Source: an uncultured delta proteobacterium
Lineage (GTDB): Bacteria > Myxococcota_A > Polyangia > Polyangiales > JAFGIB01
NCBI GenBank assembly: GCA_963778655.1
Contig: CAVZVA010000003.1
Span: 192,001 to 256,000, forward strand
Length of the DNA: 64,000 bases
Direction: 5' to 3'
The translations under genes and the position numbers were made by a program. The notes under the pieces are model-generated. The model was not told the origin of the DNA. It saw only the letters and a program-made list of their open reading frames with translations, and did no database searches. Position 1 is the stretch's first letter; every line of letters starts with the position of its first letter. Below are positions 41,998 through 51,026 of the stretch, one piece after another.

Positions 41998-43941
41998 TCA
42001 GTCAATGCGGGTGCGCAGCGCGTGCAGACGCTTGTAGCCCTCGCTCTTGGGTGATCGTGCGCGTAGCGAACGATCGAGCGCGGGCAGCGCCTCCTTGCCG
42101 TAGGCCTTGTACACCAGGCGCGCCGCCTCATCGGCCACGTCGCCGTGGGCCACCAGCGCGAGCAGAGCCGGCAGCATCTCCGGAGCGCCGCGCGCGCTCA
42201 TGTCGATCTCCACGGCCGCGGCGAACTCGCGCAACGCGTCGGTGCGCCAGTGACGATTCATGTAGAGGTGTGCCAGCAGCAGTCGGCCTCGCGGATCATC
42301 GGGGTACTTATAGATGTATCGGCGCAGCAGGCCGATGCCGCGATCGCTGGCGAAGCCGCCGGCGTTGACCACTTTGCGCAGCGTGCGCAGGCCGTGCGGC
42401 GTACCGTGCGCCCAGGGATTGCGGGCGGGCGGGCGGGGCACCGGACGCGCTCGCGGCACAGGCGGCGCAGGCGGCGCAGGCGCGGCGACGGGCGCGCTCG
42501 CTTCGTCGGCCGCGGCCGTCGCTGCGGCCGGCTGCTCGCTTTCAGGTGCCGCGGCGGGCGCGGCGGGCGCGGTCGCTGCCGGTGCTGCGGCCGGCGCCGC
42601 AGCCCCGCCCTGCGCTGCGCGCAGCGCCGCGGGCAAGGCCTGCAGCGGCGCGGGCGGCTGCGCGCGCGGCTTCGCCAGCGCGCGCGTGTGCCTGGCCGCA
42701 CCGCCGGCGTGCAGCTCGAAGGCGGCGAACGCCACCAGCGAGAGGCCGACCACCGCGCCGAAGCTCAGCCACGCGAACAGCAAGCTGCGCGGCTGCGCGG
42801 CGGAATCGCGTGCGGGCGCCGACACGGCGAGCGCGGCGTCCGCAGCCGCCAGCGGCGGGGCCTGCGCCGCGCCCGCGCCGGCCTCGGGGGCCGTGCCTCC
42901 GGCCGGCTCGGCGCCCGCGCCAGGCTCCGCGCCCGCAGCGTCGGAACGCGCGGTGTCGACCACGGTCGGCGCCACCGCGAGCACGCCGCTCGGCTGCTCG
43001 GCCGGCAGCGAATCGCTCGTAGTCCAGGGCTGCGGCACGGCCTCGAGCGCCGCGAGCATCTCGGCGGCGTCGCGGAAGCGCTGCGCCGGCTGCTTGGCCA
43101 TCGCGCGCTGCACCAGGGCCTCGAGCTCCGGCCGCACCGGACCGCGCGGGCAGGCCGAGCTCAAGCTCGGAGCCGCCTCCACCAGGTGGCCCCGCAGCTG
43201 CTCCATCGGCTCGCCCTCGAACGGCAGCCGGCCGCTCATGAGCTGGAACAGCAACACGCCCACCGCGTACACGTCGCTGCCGGCGTCGGCCGCGCCGCCC
43301 GAGATCTGCTCCGGCGCCATGTATGCCGGCGTGCCCACCGCTTCGCCCGCCAGCGTGAGATTCGGATCGGTTACCGTGGGATCGGGCTCGACCACCTTGG
43401 CCAAGCCGAAGTCGAGCAGCTTGAGCTGTTCCTCGCCCTCGGGCAGGCGCTGGAAGAACACGTTGCCGGGCTTGAGATCGCGATGCACCAGCCCCTGCGC
43501 ATGCACGAACGAGAGCGCGCGCAGCAGCTGGCTGATCAGCTCCTTGACCTGGGCGCTGGGGAACGGCCCGCGCTTGAGCCGGCGCCCGAGCGTCTCACCC
43601 TCGAGCAGCTCCATCACCAGGTACGGGATGTCGCCCGAAAGGCCGTAGTCGGTGACCGCCACGATATTGGGATGGCGCAACGCGGCCAACGCCTTGGCCT
43701 CGCGCTCGAAACGCTTGCGCAGCGAGCGACTGGACGCGTACTGGTCGAGCAGCAGCTTGATCGCGACCGGGCTGCCGAGCTTGAGGTGCGTGGCGCGGTA
43801 GACCGCGCCCATGCCACCGGCTCCCAGCTCGGCGTCGATGCGATAGCGCTCGTCGAGCGTGTGACCGATCAGCGCGCGGCCGATCAGCGCCGGCGGGATC
43901 GAAGACGGAGAGCGCTGTTGCTTGCGATCGCCCTGCACCAC
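41998..43941 (-). CDS. membrane Ser/Thr protein kinase with C-terminal TPR-like domain
   Basis: LGAGGMGAVY, VAIK, HRDLKPGN, DFG, GTPAYMAPE, one TM helix, Pro/Ala linker. Confidence 0.93.
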   Translation of the reverse strand: MVQGDRKQQRSPSSIPPALIGRALIGHTLDERYRIDAELGAGGMGAVYRATHLKLGSPVAIKLLLDQYASSRSLRKRFEREAKALAALRHPNIVAVTDYGLSGDIPYLVMELLEGETLGRRLKRGPFPSAQVKELISQLLRALSFVHAQGLVHRDLKPGNVFFQRLPEGEEQLKLLDFGLAKVVEPDPTVTDPNLTLAGEAVGTPAYMAPEQISGGAADAGSDVYAVGVLLFQLMSGRLPFEGEPMEQLRGHLVEAAPSLSSACPRGPVRPELEALVQRAMAKQPAQRFRDAAEMLAALEAVPQPWTTSDSLPAEQPSGVLAVAPTVVDTARSDAAGAEPGAGAEPAGGTAPEAGAGAAQAPPLAAADAALAVSAPARDSAAQPRSLLFAWLSFGAVVGLSLVAFAAFELHAGGAARHTRALAKPRAQPPAPLQALPAALRAAQGGAAAPAAAPAATAPAAPAAAPESEQPAAATAAADEASAPVAAPAPPAPPVPRARPVPRPPARNPWAHGTPHGLRTLRKVVNAGGFASDRGIGLLRRYIYKYPDDPRGRLLLAHLYMNRHWRTDALREFAAAVEIDMSARGAPEMLPALLALVAHGDVADEAARLVYKAYGKEALPALDRSLRARSPKSEGYKRLHALRTRID

Positions 43942-44131
43942 GAGGGCCGGATCGTAACATGCGACGCTTGCCGGCTACAGCGTCATGAATTGCTCGAACC
44001 AGCGCGAATTCCTCGAGCGAAACGCGGAAACCGCGGCTGTGGCAGCATGGTGCGGTCCGCCCGAATTGTGCGCCGTCACCGCCTTGCTGGCGCGGCGGCC
44101 GCGAGCCTGCCGCCGGTGCTATGCTGCGCGC

Positions 44132-44497
44132 ATGCGCAACTTACTGGTCCTGGCGTCGCTCGTGCCGGCGCTCGCGCTCGGCGGCTGCGCGCGGCGCGGC
44201 GGCGGCGGCACGCTGATCGGAGCGACCTGCAAGCACTCCACCGAGTGCGGGCCAGCCGGCGTGTGCATTACCAGCGGCAAGAACGGCCTGTGCTCGCTGC
44301 CCTGCGCGATGCCCGGCAATCCCGAGGAATGCCTGCCGGGCTCGTACTGCGATCAGGAGTCGGTGCGAACCGACAACGAGGGGCCCAGCGAGCGCACGCT
44401 GTGCTTCCCCGCCTGCACCGACAAGTCGCAATGCCGCGACGGCTACGACTGCCGCAACATCAACGGCGGCCCAGGCAAAGTCTGCTCCCCGCAGTGA
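44132..44497 (+). CDS. Cys-rich lipoprotein
   Basis: MRNLLVLASLVPALALGGC lipobox followed by about 12 Cys in about 100 aa. Confidence 0.75.
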   Translation: MRNLLVLASLVPALALGGCARRGGGGTLIGATCKHSTECGPAGVCITSGKNGLCSLPCAMPGNPEECLPGSYCDQESVRTDNEGPSERTLCFPACTDKSQCRDGYDCRNINGGPGKVCSPQ

Positions 44498-44647
44498 TCG
44501 AGACCTGCGCTTCCCGCTCAGAGGCACCGACGCTACAACTGAGCACAAAGCCCAGAAGCTCGATCATGGGCGGTTGCACAGCCATCGACGCGGGCGCGCA
44601 GCGACCCTCGCGGGTGGCTGGGGCCCCGACGGCTTTGCCCGCAGGAC

Positions 44648-45190
44648 CTACGTACCGGCGATGCCGCCCGAGACGATGAACGGAAACAGCTGCGAGGACT
44701 CGACCTCGAGCGCGCGCACACGCGCGCGCGGCAGCACCACCAGCTGGCCCGCGAAGTTCACCGACTGCGGCAGGTAGACCGCCACGTGGTCGGGCAGCCC
44801 GAAGGCCGACAGGTCCTCGCGCGTCACGAAGCCGAAGGCCTGAAGCGCGCCGTCTTCGCTCAGTGTGGCCAGCACCGGGCGCTCGAAGGTCTTCTTCTGC
44901 CCGACCAGCGCGGCCATCAGGTCGCGCAACGCGGTGTAGATCAGCTTGATCAATGGCAGCCGCGTCAGCAGGCGGTCCGGCAGCCCCACCAGGCGCTTGC
45001 CCACCACGTTGGTGGTGAGCGCGCCGATGGCGGTGATCAGGGCGATGGTCACCAGGAAGCCGAGGCCCGGGATGCGCAGGCCGAGCAAGCCGTCGATCTT
45101 GAGAAAGACCAGATACACCACGTACAGCGTGGCCACGGTCGGAACGATGACCAGGCATCCGTTCAAGAAGCTCTTGATCAATGGTTTCAC
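44648..45190 (-). CDS. DUF502 family membrane protein
   Basis: FLNGCLVIVP..T, LLTRLPLIKLIY, FGFVT, VAVYLP, FIVSGG. Confidence 0.85.
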   Translation of the reverse strand: MKPLIKSFLNGCLVIVPTVATLYVVYLVFLKIDGLLGLRIPGLGFLVTIALITAIGALTTNVVGKRLVGLPDRLLTRLPLIKLIYTALRDLMAALVGQKKTFERPVLATLSEDGALQAFGFVTREDLSAFGLPDHVAVYLPQSVNFAGQLVVLPRARVRALEVESSQLFPFIVSGGIAGT

Positions 45191-45355
45191 GAGCACGCTC
45201 CCTTGCTGGCGCCGCCACGCCCGCGGACCCGGGCCGCGCCCGGGACTGGCCCTGCAGAGATGCAACAAGAAGGCGGGAAGCCAGGATACACCCGTGCTCG
45301 CCGGCTTCTCGCGATGCCCGCGCCTTTCCCATATCGAAGGCGGTGGGCGGATCCC

Positions 45356-45548
45356 CTAAATCAGAGCTCGCGATTCGGGATCGAATCACAACCTCTGATT
45401 TCTCCTTTGATTGTCGGGAAGTCGCGCCGACTCCCTGTGCGCGAGGCAAAGCCTCGCGCATTCACCCTCTGGCGGTGGTGCGGCATCCGGCGCACCGCTG
45501 CATGACCGGTCGGCATGGCCGTTCCCGAATCGTGATTCGGTCATTTAG
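45356..45548. mobile_element. ~193-bp MITE/REP-like structured element with CTAAAT...ATTTAG ends
   Basis: Imperfect terminal inverted repeat, several internal hairpins, and a 16-bp exact match of its left end at 11659-11674. Confidence 0.55.
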
Positions 45549-45551
45549 CAG

Positions 45552-46727
45552 CTAGCGCGCGAGGACGGCGCCGGCGAGCGCCACCAGAGCCAGCGAGCCG
45601 AGCACGACGGCCGTGGTCCAGCGCGCGCGGCGTGCGCGCGCGCGCAACAGCAGCGCAAACGCCGAGTCGAGCCGGGTACGGGGCGCCGGCGCAAGCGCCG
45701 CCGCCTGGTCGTCGCTCAGCGGCCTCTGAGGCGTGGTCGGCTGCTGCGCCAACGAGGTCGCCTCGTGCTGCGTCGCCTCCAACCACTGCAGCAGCGCGGC
45801 ACGCATCGCACGCGCGCCGGTGAAGCGCTCGCGCGGATCCTTGGCCATGGCGCGCAAGATGATCGCTTCGAGCCGCGGGTCGAGCTCCGGTCGCAGCTTG
45901 CGCGGACGGCGCGGCCGGCTGTGGATGTGTTGCAGCACGATCTGGATCGCGCTCTCGGCCTCGAAGGGCAGCCTGCCGGTGACCATCTCGTAGAGCATCA
46001 CGCCGCAAGCGTAGATGTCGGTCATGCGGTCGACCGATCGCGCCTGCGCCTGCTCCGGCGACATGTACTCGGGCGTGCCGCACACCGTGCCTTCGAGCGT
46101 GCTGTCCTTGCGCGCGGAGCTCGCGGGGCCGGCGAACGGAACGCGGGCGATGCCGAAGTCGCAGACCTTGACCACGTCCACGGGCTTGCCGCCCGCGTCC
46201 TGGCCGCTGTCCACGATCACGTTCTCGGGCTTGATGTCGCGGTGCACGATGCCGAGGTCGTGCGCGGCGGCCAGCGCGGTGAGGATCTGGGTCATGATCT
46301 CGGCGGTCCAGCGGACCTCGGGCACCCGGCGCTCGCGCAGAAGATCCTCGAGCGTGCGCCCGCCGAGCAGCTCCATCACCATGAACGCGCAGTCGCTGTG
46401 CGGGTCGCGGCCGAAGTCGAGGATCTGCACCACGTTGGGGTGTTTGATCAGCCGTCCCGCCTGGGCTTCACGCCAAAATGCCGCCGCCACGCTGCTGCGT
46501 TTGGCCAGATGCGGGTGCAGGATCTTGATCGCCACTTCGCGTTGTTGCGGGAGCTGGCGCGCGCGATGGACACTGCCCATCGAGCCCGCGCTCACGCTCT
46601 CCAGCAGAACGTAGCTGCAGCCCGCGAGCCGCGTGCTGTTGAGCTCCTGCGGCGGCGCGAGCGCGCCCTTGGCTGCGGGCTTCGTCCTCGGGGGAGGGGG
46701 CGGCGGCGAGGTGCGCGGGTTGTGCAT
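45552..46727 (-). CDS. Ser/Thr protein kinase with C-terminal TM anchor
   Basis: VAIK, HRDIKPEN, DFG, GTPEYMSPE; altered Gly loop VSAGSMGSV. Confidence 0.9.
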   Translation of the reverse strand: MHNPRTSPPPPPPRTKPAAKGALAPPQELNSTRLAGCSYVLLESVSAGSMGSVHRARQLPQQREVAIKILHPHLAKRSSVAAAFWREAQAGRLIKHPNVVQILDFGRDPHSDCAFMVMELLGGRTLEDLLRERRVPEVRWTAEIMTQILTALAAAHDLGIVHRDIKPENVIVDSGQDAGGKPVDVVKVCDFGIARVPFAGPASSARKDSTLEGTVCGTPEYMSPEQAQARSVDRMTDIYACGVMLYEMVTGRLPFEAESAIQIVLQHIHSRPRRPRKLRPELDPRLEAIILRAMAKDPRERFTGARAMRAALLQWLEATQHEATSLAQQPTTPQRPLSDDQAAALAPAPRTRLDSAFALLLRARARRARWTTAVVLGSLALVALAGAVLAR

Positions 46728-47017
46728 TGAGATGCGCGTGTGGCGCTGAGGCCTCGACGATTGCGCGGCCTTGGATTAGGACGCCGGGCGTGCAATGGCA
46801 AGCCTTCTTTCACGAAAGGACGCACTCGTAACACGCGTGTCATGCGCCGTTTTCATCGCAGCGCGAATCGAAACCAAGACCGGTGCATGCCGGTCACACC
46901 AAACGTGCGCAGCGTGCAGCTTTGGTGCACCTGCTACATTCCTGCGCTGCTAGCTTTTGGGGGTGAAGGTCACCGCGCGTGGTTCGGCGTCCGCGTTCGG
47001 CGATGCGGAAGCAGCCT

Positions 47018-47359
47018 TCACTCGCGCGGCGCGGGCTCGCGCTCGCGAGCGCTGACGCGCACGTGCACGTGGTTGCCTTCGCCCTCGCTCGGACCCTCGA
47101 GCAGCACCTGCAAGGTGTCCTCGGGCGAGACGCCCAGTGAACGGGCCGCCCGCAGCCCGAGCTTGAGCAGGTGGACCGACGTGCGCTCGCCGAGATCCTC
47201 GAGCGCCGCGCAGTGCACGCGCGGCACCACCAGCGCGTGGCGGCGTTGCGAGGGAGCCGCGTCCACCAGCACGACCGCCAGCTCGTCCTCGTAAACCCAG
47301 CTGACGGCGTCGTCCGGAGGGCGCTTCGCGATCATCTTGCACAGCGCACAGGGGTGCAT
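47018..47359 (-). CDS. HIT-family-like protein (divergent triad)
   Basis: GAGGAG RBS; CALC, VYEDE, D..P...HALVVPRVH, NHVHVRV. Confidence 0.72.
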   Translation of the reverse strand: MHPCALCKMIAKRPPDDAVSWVYEDELAVVLVDAAPSQRRHALVVPRVHCAALEDLGERTSVHLLKLGLRAARSLGVSPEDTLQVLLEGPSEGEGNHVHVRVSAREREPAPRE

Positions 47360-47400
47360 GTCGGGATCTCCTCGTACGCAGTGCCCGCACCGAGCGGACA

Positions 47401-47445
47401 CCAAAGAACAGCGAAGCCGCCTGGGAGATTCCCGAGGCGGCTTCG
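47401..47445 (-). terminator. intrinsic terminator-like hairpin in the HIT leader (attenuator)
   Basis: Minus strand CGAAGCCGCCT-CGGGAATCTCCC-AGGCGGCTTCG followed by CTGTTCTTTGG. Confidence 0.6.
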
Positions 47446-47474
47446 TCACGCGTCCAGATGGGTGCGAAAGCCGC

Positions 47475-47612
47475 CTAGCTCGTGCCTCCCTTGGCGCCGC
47501 AGATGCCTCCCTCGAGCAGGAAGCTCGCCGAGGCACGGACCTTCGGCTGCGCCGCGCGCGGGAGTACCCACGTGTGCGGATGCATGCTCGACGCGCGCCG
47601 ATTGCGGTCCAT
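47475..47612 (-). CDS. putative 45-aa leader peptide (uORF)
   Basis: MDRNRRASSMHPHTWVLPRAAQPKVRASASFLLEGGICGAKGGTS*, just downstream of TTGACC-N17-TACACC (47651-47623); the stop codon overlaps an antiterminator arm. Confidence 0.45.
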   Translation of the reverse strand: MDRNRRASSMHPHTWVLPRAAQPKVRASASFLLEGGICGAKGGTS

Positions 47613-47728
47613 CTTGCACACCGGTGTAGAGCAAGGCCCGAACGCGGTCAAGGCCGCCTGCGGCGATGGCCCGAGAGCCCGCCCGCCTGCACGCTCGACT
47701 CGCCAGCCCCGATAGGTAGACTCGCGCC

Positions 47729-48445
47729 ATGCCAGCCGCGGTGGAGGCGCTCGATATACACAAGACCTATCGTCTCGGCCGGGTGGAGGTGAGCGCGCTG
47801 CGCGGGGTCTCGCTGGCGGTGTCGGCTGGCGAGATGGTGGCGATCGTGGGGCGCTCGGGCTCCGGCAAGTCGACCTTGCTGAACTTGCTGGGCGCGCTCG
47901 ACCGGCCCAGCGCCGGCGAGGTGAGGATCGGCGGCCACGCGCTCTCCAGCCTAGACGACGGCGCGCGCACCCGCCTGCGCCGCGACAAGATCGGGCTGGT
48001 GTTTCAATTCTTCAATCTGTTGCCGCTGCTGAGCGCGCGCGAGAACGTCGCGCTGCCGCTGCTGCTCGCGGGCGCGCGGCGCGCCGCGGCGGAGCGCAGC
48101 GCCGACGAGTGGCTCGGCCGCGTGGGCCTGGGCGCACGACTGGGCCACCGGCCCGACGAGCTCAGCGGGGGCGAGATGCAGCGCGTGGCGGTGGCCCGCG
48201 CGCTCGCGCCGCGGCCGCTGCTACTGCTGGCCGACGAGCCGACTGGCAACCTCGACTCGGAGTCGGGGCAGGGCGTGCTCGCGCTGCTCAAGGCCGCCGC
48301 CTGCGAGCACGGTTGCTCAGTGGTGATGGTGACCCACGACCCGCGCGCCGCAGCGGTCTGCGATCGCGTGGTGGAGATCGCGGACGGGCGGCTGCGCAGC
48401 GACGCGGCCGCCGCGAGCGCCGGACCCGGTGCGGAGGCAGGTTGA
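47729..48445 (+). CDS. ABC transporter ATP-binding protein (MacB/LolD-like)
   Basis: GRSGSGKST, VFQFFNL, LSGGEMQR, LLADEPTGNLD, VTHD. Confidence 0.93.
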   Translation: MPAAVEALDIHKTYRLGRVEVSALRGVSLAVSAGEMVAIVGRSGSGKSTLLNLLGALDRPSAGEVRIGGHALSSLDDGARTRLRRDKIGLVFQFFNLLPLLSARENVALPLLLAGARRAAAERSADEWLGRVGLGARLGHRPDELSGGEMQRVAVARALAPRPLLLLADEPTGNLDSESGQGVLALLKAAACEHGCSVVMVTHDPRAAAVCDRVVEIADGRLRSDAAAASAGPGAEAG

Positions 48446-51002
48446 GTTGCGCCACCTGATCCGCCTGATCTCGCTCCGCTATCTCAAGACCGCGCCGGCA
48501 CGGACGCTGCTGACGCTGGTCGGGATCATGCTCGGGGTAGCGGTGATCTTCGCGATCGGCGCGGTCAACGGCTCGGTGGTGGCCGCGTTCCGCAACGCGA
48601 TCCAGGGCATCTCGGGCAAGACCGCGCTCAGCGTCGGCGTCGGCACCGGCGTGGCCGAGGGGCTGCTGGAGGTGGTGCGCAAGGTCGACGGCGTCGAGGC
48701 CGCGGTGCCGGTGATCGAGGAGACCGCGCTGGACGTCAAACGCGGCCTGCAGCTGGCGGTGCTCGGCGTCGACACGCTCTCCGACAGCAAGGTGCGCGAC
48801 TACGAGGTCACCTCCAACGATGTGCAGATCGCCGACGACCTCGAGTTCCTCAACGATCCGCACGGCGTGTTGGTGACCAAGACCTTCGCCAAGCGCACCG
48901 GGCTCAAGCCCGGCGACACGTTGACGCTGGAGACGGTTCAGGGCCGCGCCGAGTTCAACGTGCGCGGTACGCTGTCGGCACGCGGGCCGGCCAAGGTGTT
49001 CGGCGGCGACCTGCTGCTGATGGACGTATACGCGGCGCAGATCGCGTTCGGCCGCGGCAGGCGCTTCGATCACATCGACGTGGTGGCCAAGCCCGGCGTG
49101 GACAAGGCCGCGCTGGCGACGCGGATCGAGCGCGCGCTGGGCGGCAAGGCCGCGGTGACCCGCCCCGAGCGCAGGTCGGAGGAAGCGGAGCGAATCCTCG
49201 CCGGCTTCAAGCTCGGGCTCTCGCTGGCTTCGCTGGTCACGCTCTTCGTCGGCGGCTTCATCGTGTACAACGCGCTGGCGATCGCAGTGGCCCAGCGCCG
49301 CCGCGAGATCGGGATCCTGCGCTCGTTGGGCACCACGCGCCGGCAGATCCTCGCGCTGTTCGTGGGCGAGGGCCTGCTGCTCGGGGCGCTGGGCTCGGCG
49401 CTCGGGCTCGGCTTCGGCTGGCTGCTGGCGCGCGGCGTGCTCAACGTCGCGGCGCGCACCGTCTCCGCGCTGTACATGACGATCAAGCCCAAGCACCTGA
49501 CGGTGAGCGCGTCCGAGCTGCTGTGGGCGGCGGGCTTCGGCGTGGCGGCCTCTTTCGTCGCGGCGGTGTTTCCCGCGCGCCGCGCGGCGTTCATCGAGCC
49601 GGCGTCGGCCATGCGCAAACAGGTGGAGGCCTCGGACGCGGCGCTCGGCAGCTCGGGCACCTCGCTCAAAGCGGCTGCGGCGGCGCTGCTGCTGGCGGCT
49701 CTGACCGCGTACGTCGCACACGTGCGCGAGAGCTACCTGCTGGGCTACACGGTGTCGACCAGCCTCGCCTTCGCAGCCGCGTTCCTCGCGCCGGGGATCG
49801 GCCGCGCAGTGGCCGCGTTCGGCCGCCGCGTGGCGCGGCGGCTGGGGCCGGCGGCCCGGCTGGGCGCGGTGGGCTTCGAGCGCGACGCCGGCCGCAATGC
49901 GGTCGCGATCGCGGCGCTGGGGATGGCGCTGGCCAACGTGGTCAACGCCAGCGCCTTCGTGGCCTCGATGAAGCACAACACCGCGTCCTGGTTCAACCGC
50001 TCGGTACGCGCCGACGTGTTCGTGTTTGCGGGCCGCGATCCCAAGGTGCAATACGATCACCCGCTGCCCGAATCGCTCGGCGACGGCATCCGCGCGCTGC
50101 CCGGCGTGGCGCTGGTCGACCCGGTGCGCATGGTACGCCAGAGCTATCAGGGCCGGCCGTTCTACCTGATGTCGTACGACCTGCAGGGCTACAGCCGCTA
50201 CAATGAGATCGCGGTGGTGTCGGGCGATCTCGACAGCGCGCTGCCGCAGATCGCGGCCGGCGAGGCGCTCGCCGCCAGCGAGACCTTCGCGCGCGCGTTC
50301 CGCGTCGGCGTCGGCAGCGTGGTACGCCTGCAGACGCCCGAGGGGCCGCGGGCGTTCCGCATTGCGCTGGTCTACGTGGACTACAACAGCGATCTCGGCG
50401 TGCTGTGCACCACCCACGGCGCCTATAGCCGCATCTGGCACGACCGACTGGTCGACTCGTTCGGCGTCTACCTGCGCAAGGGCGCCTCGGTGGCGAGCGT
50501 GCGGCAACGGATCGCCAGCAAGTGGAGCACGCGTTATCACCTGATGGCGCTCGGCAACCGCGAGTACCGCGACGAGATGATGAAGCTGCTCGACTCCTCG
50601 TTCGCGCTGACGCGGGCCACCGAGATGGTCGCGGTGATCGTCGCAGTGCTCGGCATCGTCAATACATTGCTGGTGACGGTGATCGACCGCCGCACCGAGC
50701 TCGGCGTGCTGCGCGCGATCGGCGCCCTGCGCTCCCAAGTCGGGCGCATGTTCGTGACCGAGGCATCGCTGATAGGGCTGGCCTCAAGCCTGCTCGGCGT
50801 CGCGTTCGGGTTGGGCTTCTCCGCCTACCTGGTGCGCGAGCTGCTGCGCTTTCAGGTGGGCTGGCACCTCTCCTGGCAACCTTCGCTGTGGGGCGTGATC
50901 GAGACCTGCGTGCTGGCGCAGGTGGTGGCGGTGGTGGCCGCCTGGCTGCCGATGCGCGCGGCCTCGCGCCTCGACGTGATCGAGGCGCTGCAATACGAGT
51001 GA
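48429..51002 (+). CDS. FtsX-like ABC transporter permease (two-repeat)
   Basis: RTLLTLVGIMLGVA, QRRREIGILRSLG and DRRTELGVLRAIGA repeats, ALQYE end. Confidence 0.9.
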   Translation: MRRQVELRHLIRLISLRYLKTAPARTLLTLVGIMLGVAVIFAIGAVNGSVVAAFRNAIQGISGKTALSVGVGTGVAEGLLEVVRKVDGVEAAVPVIEETALDVKRGLQLAVLGVDTLSDSKVRDYEVTSNDVQIADDLEFLNDPHGVLVTKTFAKRTGLKPGDTLTLETVQGRAEFNVRGTLSARGPAKVFGGDLLLMDVYAAQIAFGRGRRFDHIDVVAKPGVDKAALATRIERALGGKAAVTRPERRSEEAERILAGFKLGLSLASLVTLFVGGFIVYNALAIAVAQRRREIGILRSLGTTRRQILALFVGEGLLLGALGSALGLGFGWLLARGVLNVAARTVSALYMTIKPKHLTVSASELLWAAGFGVAASFVAAVFPARRAAFIEPASAMRKQVEASDAALGSSGTSLKAAAAALLLAALTAYVAHVRESYLLGYTVSTSLAFAAAFLAPGIGRAVAAFGRRVARRLGPAARLGAVGFERDAGRNAVAIAALGMALANVVNASAFVASMKHNTASWFNRSVRADVFVFAGRDPKVQYDHPLPESLGDGIRALPGVALVDPVRMVRQSYQGRPFYLMSYDLQGYSRYNEIAVVSGDLDSALPQIAAGEALAASETFARAFRVGVGSVVRLQTPEGPRAFRIALVYVDYNSDLGVLCTTHGAYSRIWHDRLVDSFGVYLRKGASVASVRQRIASKWSTRYHLMALGNREYRDEMMKLLDSSFALTRATEMVAVIVAVLGIVNTLLVTVIDRRTELGVLRAIGALRSQVGRMFVTEASLIGLASSLLGVAFGLGFSAYLVRELLRFQVGWHLSWQPSLWGVIETCVLAQVVAVVAAWLPMRAASRLDVIEALQYE

Positions 51003-51026
51003 GCGCCGGCTGCGCCCGCAGCGGGC

